Counted from the stretch's first letter, positions 29,520 to 38,888 are shown. The stretch is DNA of 64,000 nt from a bacterium (GCA_900299345.1 OMJM01000065.1:16531-80530), one strand, 5' to 3'. Translations and numbers: made by a program. The notes: generated from the letters alone by a model not told the origin.

Positions 29520-30152
29520 ATGGATCCGAACGAAGACAAGGCAAAAGCCCGGCGGGCGTTCCGCCTCGATCTCCTGAAACTGTTCATCGACAAGATTGCG
29601 TTGGGCGCCGTCGTCGTCCTGTTCGGCTTCCTCGCCAACAAATGGTTCGAGAAGTACAAGTTCCGGTTGTCCGAGCAGCGGTTCTTCATGGAACAGCGAC
29701 TGGAATCGATCAAGAAGATCCAGACCGCCTACACCGTCATGTTCCACAAGTTCGACAACTACACCTTGCGGGGATATTCCAGGCCTGTGGATTATCAGGC
29801 CCGATACGATTCCGCCGTGGACGGATACACGCGGGCGCTCGACGAGCACGGAACCTTGTTGTCGCCGCAGACGCTCGAACGAATGGATTACCAGGGCTGG
29901 CTCTTTCAAAACTTCAAGTATCAGGACGTGGCGGCGCAGGCGTCCTACCGGAATTTCTTCTACGACTTGTATCGTGAATTTTACCTGCAGGCCAAGGTTG
30001 AATTGGGAGTCATTCCCGACACCGCGCGGCATCCGGTAGAGTTCGACGAATGGTCGCACGCCAAGGCCGACTCGCTCGGCGCGCAGGCCTTTTTCGACGC
30101 CAACTTCGAAAAGTGGAAACAGCGAAGGGACGCCATGGCTGGTAACTTCTAA
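29520..30152 (+). CDS. hypothetical single-pass membrane protein
   Basis: 210 aa with one TM helix (IALGAVVVLFGFLA) and an aromatic-rich soluble domain. No recognised family. Preferred over the antisense ORF 29427..30188, which has typical high-GC antisense composition. Confidence 0.5.
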   Translation: MDPNEDKAKARRAFRLDLLKLFIDKIALGAVVVLFGFLANKWFEKYKFRLSEQRFFMEQRLESIKKIQTAYTVMFHKFDNYTLRGYSRPVDYQARYDSAVDGYTRALDEHGTLLSPQTLERMDYQGWLFQNFKYQDVAAQASYRNFFYDLYREFYLQAKVELGVIPDTARHPVEFDEWSHAKADSLGAQAFFDANFEKWKQRRDAMAGNF

Positions 30153-30251
30153 TAGCACGCTTGAATCACCAATAAAATGGATTGTCACAAGAAATTCATA
30201 GTTCTTTTATTATGGTGGCGAACAAGAAAAGATTTTTGAAAGACTAACCCA

Positions 30252-31043
30252 GTGCAGAAGCCATTACTTGATAGCTATAAACTCACAGAAACTGATGTCC
30301 AACAACTTTCTGTGGTAAGAAAAGAAACCGAAATATTATCGTCCAGAATCTTCAATTGGTCAATAGGTCTGACTTTCTTGTGCGTTACGGTGTATGAGAT
30401 TCGTAGTACAGGTAGTTGGCTGGTAGGTATTTGGATTGGCGTTTGCGGATTGGTTATAGGTGTTTATCTGGGCGTTATCCTGTCTAAAATATGGGAATGG
30501 ATAAATAAAGCGGCCCATCCTAAATGGATGCAGTACGAGAAATATGTTAAGGATGTTAGGAATTATGAGGCATATCTAAACGAACAGCGGCGAATCCAAG
30601 AAATGGATGATAGACGTAAGCGTTTGGAACATTGGACATCCTGTAACGGGATCGAATTTGAACACGAAGTGGCTGAACTCTTTCGGCGTCTTGGTCACTT
30701 TGTAGTTAAGACTGGCGGCGCTGGAGACGAAGGGATTGATCTTGTTGTAGATAACGATACAATCGTTCAGTGTAAACAGCATGCTAAACCTATTAGTCCC
30801 GCTGTCGCTCGTGAGCTGTTAGGAGCCATGAATTTCGCTAAAGCGAAGAAGGCCATCTTGATCTGTCCTAGTGGTTTCTCCAATGACACTAAGGAATTTG
30901 CTCGGAAGGCTAATCTTGAATTGTGGGATGGGGATAAGCTGATTGCGATGGCTGAGTTAATTGATGGGACGCAAAAAAGGGTTGCCATGAAAACCGAACA
31001 ACTTGATCTCCTTTTTCCTTTCAATCCGTCCCATGATCCATAA
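30252..31043 (+). CDS. membrane-anchored restriction endonuclease-like protein (two N-terminal TM helices, coiled-coil linker, Mrr_cat domain)
   Basis: TM helices IFNWSIGLTFLCVTVYEI and WLVGIWIGVCGLVIGVYLGVIL. The C-terminal region (NGIEFEHEVAELFRRLGHFVVKTGGAGDEGIDLVVDNDTIVQCKQH...ILICPSGFSNDTKEFA...ELWDGDKLI) matches the Mrr N-terminal catalytic (PD-(D/E)xK-like) domain pattern. The gene lies in a low-GC islet. Confidence 0.7.
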   Translation: MQKPLLDSYKLTETDVQQLSVVRKETEILSSRIFNWSIGLTFLCVTVYEIRSTGSWLVGIWIGVCGLVIGVYLGVILSKIWEWINKAAHPKWMQYEKYVKDVRNYEAYLNEQRRIQEMDDRRKRLEHWTSCNGIEFEHEVAELFRRLGHFVVKTGGAGDEGIDLVVDNDTIVQCKQHAKPISPAVARELLGAMNFAKAKKAILICPSGFSNDTKEFARKANLELWDGDKLIAMAELIDGTQKRVAMKTEQLDLLFPFNPSHDP

Positions 31044-31202
31044 AAACAGAGAAATGCAAAGCGATTTCACAAGGCACAGTCTTGGTGACTTCGAAAAATG
31101 GAAACAGCGCAAATTACAGCCGTAGGCGGTCTTGTCATTCAAGTTTGAGCGGATGGTTTTGAATTTGTATCCTGAAGGGGCCTTCTTGGGCAGGGAGTTT
31201 TT

Positions 31203-31397
31203 ATGACCGCGAAGGAAACCGTGCAAACACTTCTGGATCAGTTGCCCGACAATTGCAGTCTTGACGAAGTGCAGTATCACCTTTATGTCGTCCAGGCCAT
31301 CCAACGCGGACAAGCCGACTCGGACGCCGGACGCACGATTTCCCACGAACAGGTTGATTCGGAGTTGCGCCGGAAGTGGCTGCTGGGCGCCAAATAG
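31203..31397 (+). CDS. ParD-like antitoxin
   Basis: 64 aa. C-terminal IQRGQADSDAGRTISHEQVDSEL resembles the ParD motif RINDGLAGKVSTKSV. Overlaps the downstream ParE toxin gene by 22 nt. Confidence 0.5.
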   Translation: MTAKETVQTLLDQLPDNCSLDEVQYHLYVVQAIQRGQADSDAGRTISHEQVDSELRRKWLLGAK

Positions 31398-31696
31398 TCT
31401 GGGCCAAGTCCGCCGAGGAAGAGCTCGACGACATCCTCGTTTACATCTCCCAATCTTCTTCCGAGGGCGTTCGCCGGGTGCTGTTGCTGGCGCTCAGTAA
31501 GGCTGCGAGCTTGGAAACTCTCGCGGAACGCGGACGAATGGTTCCAGAGCTTCAAGATCCTCACTTGCGGGAATTGCTGGTGTACGATTACCGGATGATT
31601 TATCGCGTCCACTCGGATCGCGTTGTAATAGAGGCTTTCGTGCACGGTGCTAGGGATTTTTCAAGATGGCGGAGCGAGAAAGGCCCGGATTTTTAA
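31376..31696 (+). CDS. parE: type II toxin-antitoxin system RelE/ParE family toxin
   Basis: IVWAKSAEEELDDILVYISQ...LRELLVYDYRMIYRVHSDRVVIEAFVHGARDF is a canonical ParE toxin. GTG start at 31376. Confidence 0.75.
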   Translation: MAAGRQIVWAKSAEEELDDILVYISQSSSEGVRRVLLLALSKAASLETLAERGRMVPELQDPHLRELLVYDYRMIYRVHSDRVVIEAFVHGARDFSRWRSEKGPDF

Positions 31697-31699
31697 ACC

Positions 31700-32842
31700 T
31701 CAACTCTTCGCCGGTTTTTCCCTTCCCATCCACGCCAGATAAACGATTCCAATCATTCCTGAAATTACCGAGGCGCAGAGCACGGCGAGCTTTGCGCCGT
31801 CGAGCAATCGTTCCTCAGGCAATCCGAGATCGGCGATGAACAGCGACATGGTGAAGCCGATGCCCCCCAGCATTCCCGCGCCGAGGAGGTGACGCCAGCG
31901 CACGCCCGTCGGCAGTTCGCCGAAGCCCATCCGCGCCGCGATCCACGAAAACAGGGAAATGCCCAATGGTTTTCCGAGACACAGTCCGGCGAGGATTCCC
32001 AGCCCGACGGGTTCGGCCAGCAGGTTCCGCGTCTGCGGATTCAACGCGACTCCGGCGTTGACCAGCGCGAAGATCGGAAGGATTCCAAAGCCGACCCAGG
32101 GGTGCAGCTTCCGTTCGAGGAATTGCAGGGAATTTTCTTCCGCACCGTCCGCGGTCATGGGGATGAAAAAGGCCAGCGCCACGCCCGCCAAAGTGGCGTG
32201 AACGCCGGAGTGAAGCAGTGCGAACCACGACAAAGCGCCGGCCGCGAGGTAGGGAAGGAGACGGCGAACCCCGAAGAAGTTCAGCATGAACAACGCCGCG
32301 AGACAGGCTCCGGACAGGGCCAGCGCCCCCCAATGCAGCGTCTGCGTGTAAAAGAGGGCGATGACGAGAATGGCGCCGAGATCGTCGATGATGGCCAGTG
32401 CCACCAGAAAAATTTTCAATCCGGGTGGAATGCGTTTTCCCAATACCATCAGCGCGCCCAACGCAAAGGCGATATCTGTGGCCATGGGAATTCCCCAACC
32501 AGGCGCGGAAAGATGATTCCGATTGAACAGGGAGTAAAACACGGCGGGCAAAAGCATTCCGCCCAGCGCCGCTGCGAACGGCATGGCGGATCTCCGGAAC
32601 GAAGCCAGTTCCCCGTTCCACATCTCCCGCTTGATCTCAAGGCCGACTAACAGAAAAAAGACGGCCATCAAACCATCGTTGATTGCTGGGAGTGAAACCG
32701 ACTTCAGCGACGCATAAGTTTCGGAAAGGGGAGAATTGGCGAAAGCGAGACCTGTGAGCGCGGCAAAAAAAAGGAGCAGGCCCGAGGCCGACTCCAGTTG
32801 AATGAATCGTTGGAACGGTTTGAACACCCGCGCAACGGGCAA
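31700..32842 (-). CDS. nhaA: Na+/H+ antiporter NhaA
   Basis: 380 aa with 12 TM segments and NhaA motifs (ALAIIDDLGAI, FIPMT, ALVNAGV). Confidence 0.9.
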   Translation of the reverse strand: MPVARVFKPFQRFIQLESASGLLLFFAALTGLAFANSPLSETYASLKSVSLPAINDGLMAVFFLLVGLEIKREMWNGELASFRRSAMPFAAALGGMLLPAVFYSLFNRNHLSAPGWGIPMATDIAFALGALMVLGKRIPPGLKIFLVALAIIDDLGAILVIALFYTQTLHWGALALSGACLAALFMLNFFGVRRLLPYLAAGALSWFALLHSGVHATLAGVALAFFIPMTADGAEENSLQFLERKLHPWVGFGILPIFALVNAGVALNPQTRNLLAEPVGLGILAGLCLGKPLGISLFSWIAARMGFGELPTGVRWRHLLGAGMLGGIGFTMSLFIADLGLPEERLLDGAKLAVLCASVISGMIGIVYLAWMGREKPAKS

Positions 32843-32846
32843 GACT

Positions 32847-33770
32847 TTATCCTTCCGCCTGAAGACGGGCGATGCGATCTTCCAGCGGTGGGTGGGTGGC
32901 CATCAACGACAGCAGGCCGCCCTGCTTCCCGGAAATTTTGAGCGTGGCGACGGAGGCGTTGCCGCTCCCGGATTGAGCCTGTTCTTCCGCCACTTTGCCG
33001 TACACGGACTGAAGTTTCTGCAAGGCTGAAATCATTTTACCCCGGCCCGCATAGTTGGCCCCGCCGCGATCCGCGCGGTATTCGCGCCAGCGCGAGAAGC
33101 GGGCCACCACGATGAATCCGAGCATGCCGAAGACGATCTCCAGCACGCTGATGAGCAGATAGTTCATCCAGAATCCGCCGAAGGACGATTCGCGATCCGA
33201 ATCCTTGCCGCGCATGGCCGAACTGATGGCGAAGGCGATGATGCGGGCGAAGAACATCACGAAGGCGTTGATCACGCCCTGAATCAAGGTCATGGTCACC
33301 ATGTCGCCGTTGGAGATGTGTGCGATCTCGTGACCTAGCACGCCTTCCAATTGATCACGATCCATGCGTTGCAACAGTCCGGTGGACACGGCCACCAGTG
33401 AATTTCTCTTGGAGGGACCCGTGGCGAAGGCGTTCACCTCGGGGCTGTCGTACACGCCCACATCCGGCATGACCGTAAGTCCGGCCTTGCGAGCCAGATC
33501 GTGCACGGTGTTGACGAGATCCCGCAGTTCCCCGGCATTGTTCGGGTCAATCACTTGGACACCCATCATCCACTTGGCCATGAACTTCGACATGGCCAAT
33601 GAGATGAATGCGCCGCCCATGCCCCAAACGAGGCACAGGAGGAACAGGGAGCTGTACGAGTTTCCGTAGAAGTTGATTCCCAGCACCCGGCCCAACAAAC
33701 CGATGACGATGCTGATGGTGACGACAACGAGAATGTTGGTGAGGACGAAAAGCATGATGCGCCTGAACAT
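32847..33770 (-). CDS. htpX: protease HtpX (M48 family)
   Basis: HEIAH zinc motif (GVLGHEIAHISNGD), four TM segments. Start at the internal Met (MFRRIML) of ORF 32847..33980. Confidence 0.85.
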   Translation of the reverse strand: MFRRIMLFVLTNILVVVTISIVIGLLGRVLGINFYGNSYSSLFLLCLVWGMGGAFISLAMSKFMAKWMMGVQVIDPNNAGELRDLVNTVHDLARKAGLTVMPDVGVYDSPEVNAFATGPSKRNSLVAVSTGLLQRMDRDQLEGVLGHEIAHISNGDMVTMTLIQGVINAFVMFFARIIAFAISSAMRGKDSDRESSFGGFWMNYLLISVLEIVFGMLGFIVVARFSRWREYRADRGGANYAGRGKMISALQKLQSVYGKVAEEQAQSGSGNASVATLKISGKQGGLLSLMATHPPLEDRIARLQAEG

Positions 33771-33835
33771 GAGAGCTCCTTTGAGAAGGCAAAGTATTAT
33801 TTTCGCCCTCCTGAAAAAACTCGTTTCATTTTGAC

Positions 33836-35971
33836 TCAGTGCTTTTCGATTTCTTCCCAAAGCGACGGAATTTCGGCAAGGCCTTGTTCTCCGGATGCTT
33901 CGCGCATGAACCACTCCTGTGCATTCACGGCGGCTTCGCCTTTGGCGGCGCGTGTGTAGCTCCCGTCGTGATTCATCCAATAGGTTCCTTCGTTGTCACG
34001 CCAGTACACCGCGAGAATGCGCATCAATCGTTTGCGCAGATCCGCATTGCGCACCGGCACCACGGCCTCGACGCGTTCACGCAGATTGCGCACCATCCAA
34101 TCGCCGCTGCCGATGTACACATCTTCCTTGCCCGCGTTGCGGAAACAAAAGATGCGGCTGTGTTCCAGATACCGGCCCACCACGCTTTTGATGCGAACGT
34201 TTTCGGAAAGATCCGGGACTCCGGGGCGCAAGGAACAAATTCCACGGACGATCAGGCGGATGGGGACGCCCGCGTTGGACGCTTCGTAAAGCGCTTCGAT
34301 CACTTCGATGTCCAGCAGGGCGTTGATTTTCGCGACAATGCCGGAAGGCAGCCCTTTTTTTGCATGGTCGCGTTCGCGATGGATCGCGGCCAACGTTCCG
34401 GGAAGAAAACTGATGGGTGAAATCCACAAGCCGTGGAAGTCCGGGTTCTTGGCGTTGGCCGTGAGATAGTTGAAGGTTTCCGAAGCCCCTTCGGTCACGG
34501 CAGGATCACACGTGAGCAGAGAAAGATCGGTGTAGAGTCGCGCCGTCTCCGGATTGTAATTCCCGGTTCCCGCGTGGAGGTAACGCCGGAACCCGTCTTC
34601 CTCACGGCGGATCACGAGCGACAACTTGCAGTGGGTCTTCAATCCGACCAGACCATACAACACCGTCCCGCCGCGTTCTTCCAACCGCCGCGCCCAGTGG
34701 ATGTTGCTCTGCTCATCGAAGCGCGCCTTGAGCTCCACCACCACCACCACTTCCTTGCCGCGCTGCGCCGCCTCCATCAAGGCGTACATGATGGGGCTGT
34801 CCGCGCTGGTACGGTAGAGCGTGGTTTTGATGGCGAAAACGCGTGGATCGCGCGCCGCGGTTTCGATGAAGCGCACCACTGGATCAAAACTCTCATAGGG
34901 ATGGTGCAACAACACATCGCCGCTGCGCAGACGCGAGAAAATTTTCTCGGGTTCTTCCAAGCCCTGTGGTCGCGCCGGTTGATACGGCGGAAACTTGAGG
35001 TGCGGCTGGGTGATTTGCCCGTACAGCGCCATGAGCCGGCTGAGATTGACCGGACGTCCGGCGCGGAACACGAGATGGGGCTCGATGTCGAGATTGTGTG
35101 CCAGCAGGTTTACGAGTTTCGCGCTGGCGTGATCTTCGATTTCCAGGCGCACTACGTCGCCCTTGCGACGATTACGCACTTCCTCTTCCACGGTTTCGAG
35201 AAGATTGCCGCCTTCATCCTCGCTGTCGTCCGCGGTTTAGTCGAGGTACAGGTTGGAATTACGCGTCGCCCGGAAAGGTGCGCATTCCCGAATGGGGGTT
35301 CCCTTGAACAGTTCTCCGGCATAATGCTGGACGACATCCGAGATGAAAACGAAACTTTTTGCGGAATCGCCGGAAGGCAATGTCACGATGCGCGGTAGGA
35401 TGCGCGGCACTGTGATGACTCCGAGGTTTTCACGTTCGTTTCCCTTGCCGGGCCCCTTGAGCAGCAGAGCCAGGCACAGCGCCTTGTTGAGAACCCAGGG
35501 AAAGGGGTGGGCCGGATCCACCTTGATGGGGGTGAGCAGGTGATACACCTCCTTGTGGAAAAAATCCTTCAGGAAGTTTTTCTCCTCTGCGTTAAGTTCC
35601 TCCATCTTTTTGACGGACATGCCTTCACGGCGGAGCAATGTTTGAATCTCGTCCCAGCATCGGTATTGATCCCGGATCATCTCACGCGCGGTGGCGAGCA
35701 CGTCCTGGAGTTTTTGGCGCGCGTCCAGATGAGCGATGCCGTCGGTCATGGCGCCGGATTCCAGGCGTTGGAGCAGCGCGGCCACGCGCACCTCGAAAAA
35801 TTCATCTAGGTTGCTGGCCACGATGCCGAGGAATTTCACCCGCTCCAGCAGGGGAACCGAAGAGTCGCGGGCTTCTTCGAGCACGCGTCGATTGAAAGCA
35901 AGCCATGAGATTTCGCGATCAATGAAGACGCCGTTTCCTTCATAACCGGAAATTGGCAGTTGGGGTGTCAT
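33836..35971 (-). pseudogene. ppk: polyphosphate kinase 1 interrupted by a single in-frame TAA stop (at 35237..35239)
   Basis: N-terminal PPK1 domains (35240..35971) and the C-terminal PLD-like catalytic domains (33836..35236) are in the same frame. They are separated only by TAA in the sequence ...NLYLD*TADDSEDEGG..., where PPK1 normally has an acidic linker. The combined length of ~710 aa matches PPK1. Confidence 0.75.
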
Positions 35972-36912
35972 CCCGAATCGCTTTCCTGCAGCGGCAGGTT
36001 CAGGTGGCCGTGCTTGCTCCAGAAATACGCAGCACCTTCGCGCAATCCCGCATCTGTGAAGTTCAGACGACGTACACCGAAATACCGCAGGCCGGCCAAA
36101 AGCACCACCACGGCGGGCATGATGATGCGGGAGCGTTCGATGTTGAGGTCGAACATCGAAGTGAGATGCTGCGGTGTGCGGCCAATGGCCAGCTCGATCA
36201 GATCTTCGAGAACTCCAGGCGTTATTTCTGGAATATTCTTGGAAAAGGCGGTGCTGCGGACTTCCTCGGTCATGCGGACAATGGCCCGGATGTTTCCCGA
36301 GCTGGCAATGGCTTGATCCGCTTCCGGCATGTCCGAAGGGGAGCGTTTTCGGAATTCCTCCGAAGCATGTTCATGAATACGCTGGAAAATCTCCTGGGTG
36401 AAGGGCTTGCCGTTCAAAAACTTGCGGGTCAATCGAATGGCACCCAATTCGTAACTTCTGCCGAACAGGTAGCGTTTGTTTTTGCTCCAGGAGACTTCGG
36501 CGCTGCCGCCACCGATATCGATAGTTTTAATTACCCCTTCCGCTCCCGTTTCACTCACAATACCGAAATGAATGAGATAGCTCTCTTCGGCGCCACTGAG
36601 AACGCGCGCCGAGATACCGGTTTTGTCCTCCAGCTTCTTCATGAACGCATCACGGTTTTTTGCCGATCGCACGGCTGAAGTTGCCAAGGCAAAGGTGAAC
36701 TGCGGAGTCTTTTCGCCATCCATCAACGAAGATTGGATGAAATTCGCAACTTTCTCGGCCCCCGAATCAGGGATGGAACCTTCGGAAAACACCACGTCAC
36801 CCAGCGAGTAATCGAGTTTTTCCTTGTCGAGCAAGCGGTATTTTCCCGCGTCGATTCCGTACAGGGATGCTTTCACCGAATTGCTGCCGATGTCGATAAC
36901 GCGAATAATCAT
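35968..36912 (-). CDS. ppx: exopolyphosphatase / guanosine pentaphosphate phosphohydrolase (Ppx/GppA family)
   Basis: N-terminal actin-like ATPase fold motifs (VIDIGSNSVKASLY, DIGGGSAEVS). Overlaps the ppk start by 4 nt, as in ppx-ppk operons. Confidence 0.8.
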   Translation of the reverse strand: MIIRVIDIGSNSVKASLYGIDAGKYRLLDKEKLDYSLGDVVFSEGSIPDSGAEKVANFIQSSLMDGEKTPQFTFALATSAVRSAKNRDAFMKKLEDKTGISARVLSGAEESYLIHFGIVSETGAEGVIKTIDIGGGSAEVSWSKNKRYLFGRSYELGAIRLTRKFLNGKPFTQEIFQRIHEHASEEFRKRSPSDMPEADQAIASSGNIRAIVRMTEEVRSTAFSKNIPEITPGVLEDLIELAIGRTPQHLTSMFDLNIERSRIIMPAVVVLLAGLRYFGVRRLNFTDAGLREGAAYFWSKHGHLNLPLQESDSG

Positions 36913-37230
36913 GTGGTGTCCGAGCGCTTCGAAAAGTAGGTAGTAGAAAGTTTCATTTCGTTACAAAATGGTTACAAAAAGCGTGTCCCTCATGACAGAA
37001 AGGCTTCGTCTTAAAAAAGGAAACACAGAACCTCGATTAGTGCCGGTTGCGCGATGAAAAACCGCCTAATCATAATGCGGCGACTCCGGGTGGGGTCGCC
37101 GTTCCCCTTTTTAAGATAACGTTGTGAATTGTCACACAAGCGGTCGAGATAAAAGCCAGTAAAATCAGATGCTCTAAGTGTTCGAAAGAGCAAGTGAACT
37201 TGCTACTTTAGTCCCCCTAAAACAGCAGAT

Positions 37231-38145
37231 ATGGTTCGGGATTTTCCCGACATCAGAGGGAGTGACATGACAAAGCGCGCCAGAGAAAAATCATCAGATG
37301 CAGACGAGATTACCCGTTGGGACATGCAATGGGACAAACAGCTTGCGCATTTGAAAAAGTTCAAGGAGAGAGTCGGTCGATGGCCCAAGGCTTCAGAAGA
37401 ACAACCCAAGGGAAACCGCATCGGACAATGGGCCAACCGCCAGCGCGATTTGCGCACACGCGGACTTCTGGACGCGGATCGGATTCGCGCATTGCGCGAA
37501 TCCGGATTCAAATGGGAGAAACCCGATGCGCGCGCCATGCATTGGACCGACCAGTACAAGTATTTGCTCGAGTATCGCAAGGCCTTTCCTGGCGAGTGGC
37601 CTCATGCCCGCGTGGAATTTCCAGAAGGCAACCGTCTTGGATTGTGGGTGTGGCGTCAACGTCAGGCATTTGACTCGCAGCGGCTGTCACGCCGTCGTCG
37701 TGAAGCGTTGGAACGCATCCATTTTCCATTCGAACTTCCCGATGCCTGGGAAGGACACTATCAGACGTTGCGGCAATATCGCGTCAAGAATCCCAATCGC
37801 TGGCCCAAGGCGCGAGAGGAATTTCCCAAGGGCAATCGACTCGGGTTGTGGTGCCACTTGCAGCGTTGTGCCCACAAAGCCGGAAAGCTGCAGGCCGATC
37901 GCGTTTCCAAGCTGGACAAGATCGGTTTTCAGTGGAGCGTGAAGCTGGTGAGTTGGATGCGGTTCTACGAACTTCTCAAGGCGTACAAGCGATTGAATCC
38001 CAAAAAGTGGCCGGTGCTTGAAGCGACGGCGCTGCAGGATCGCCGCGTCATCGCCTGGTGCAGCATCCAGCGTCACAAGCGGCGAATTGGCAAACTCGAC
38101 CCGCAATTCATCGCCCAGCTCGACGCCATCGGTTTCCGCTGGTAA
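37231..38145 (+). CDS. helicase-associated (HA) domain repeat protein with four tandem HA domains and no helicase core
   Basis: Four ~62-aa repeats, each fitting the HA pattern W-x-x-x-(Y/L)-x-x-L-x-x-(F/Y)-K-x-x-x-G-x-W-P-...-P-x-G-N-R-(I/L)-G-x-W-...-L-x-x-x-R-...-L-x-x-I-G-F-x-W. True start may be the Met at 37267. Confidence 0.7.
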   Translation: MVRDFPDIRGSDMTKRAREKSSDADEITRWDMQWDKQLAHLKKFKERVGRWPKASEEQPKGNRIGQWANRQRDLRTRGLLDADRIRALRESGFKWEKPDARAMHWTDQYKYLLEYRKAFPGEWPHARVEFPEGNRLGLWVWRQRQAFDSQRLSRRRREALERIHFPFELPDAWEGHYQTLRQYRVKNPNRWPKAREEFPKGNRLGLWCHLQRCAHKAGKLQADRVSKLDKIGFQWSVKLVSWMRFYELLKAYKRLNPKKWPVLEATALQDRRVIAWCSIQRHKRRIGKLDPQFIAQLDAIGFRW

Positions 38146-38183
38146 AGCGGGGTAATCCCGCGGATACTCGTATATTTACCGGG

Positions 38184-38888
38184 ATGAATTCCCGCGAATT
38201 ATTGCTGTCTTGGCTGGAAAGCAGACTCGATCCGGCCGCGATCGCATGGCTTCGGGATCGTTGCCATCAGCTGTCGGCGGGCAATTCAGCCGAAAAAGAT
38301 CTGTATTTGGCTTTCAGTCAGGCGGTGAGGCACGCCGGAAAGTCACCCTTGAATGCCACGAATCAGGAACAGCAACAGGCCTTTGCTGTTCATCCCGGCT
38401 GGGATTTGCGCGACTGGACCACGGATCAGGCTGTCCGAGTTGTGCTTTTGCTGAGTCTCCCATCGGGACCTAAAACTGTGGCAGCAATTTTGGCCTTGCA
38501 CCAGACCGCGGATTTGCGGGAGCATATGGCGCTGGTGCGCGCCCTTTTTCTTCTGTCCGATGCAAAAGCCTTTCTGCACATCGCCCGAGAAGCCATTCGC
38601 AGCAACATGCGCGACGTCTTCGAGGCGATTTCACAGCGAAATCCCTACCCGGCGGAATACTGCGACGATATCGCGTGGAATCAGATGGTGGTGAAATGCC
38701 TGTTCGTAGAACTGCCCCTGGCCCCGATTTACGATCTGGATCGGCGCGCCAATTCCGAGTTGAGCCGCATTCTGGTTGATTTGGTGAGGGAACGCCGCGC
38801 CGCGCATCGGACGTTGTCTCCAGAAGCGTGGCGTTGCATCGAACCTTTTGCGGATGAAACAGTCTTGCGCCTGAAAGCGGAAGTTTGA
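38184..38888 (+). CDS. hypothetical protein (possibly EboA-like; speculative)
   Basis: 234 aa, alpha-helical, no recognised motif. Directly followed, with a 10-nt gap, by a TatD-family hydrolase, as in the first two genes of ebo clusters. Confidence 0.45.
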   Translation: MNSRELLLSWLESRLDPAAIAWLRDRCHQLSAGNSAEKDLYLAFSQAVRHAGKSPLNATNQEQQQAFAVHPGWDLRDWTTDQAVRVVLLLSLPSGPKTVAAILALHQTADLREHMALVRALFLLSDAKAFLHIAREAIRSNMRDVFEAISQRNPYPAEYCDDIAWNQMVVKCLFVELPLAPIYDLDRRANSELSRILVDLVRERRAAHRTLSPEAWRCIEPFADETVLRLKAEV

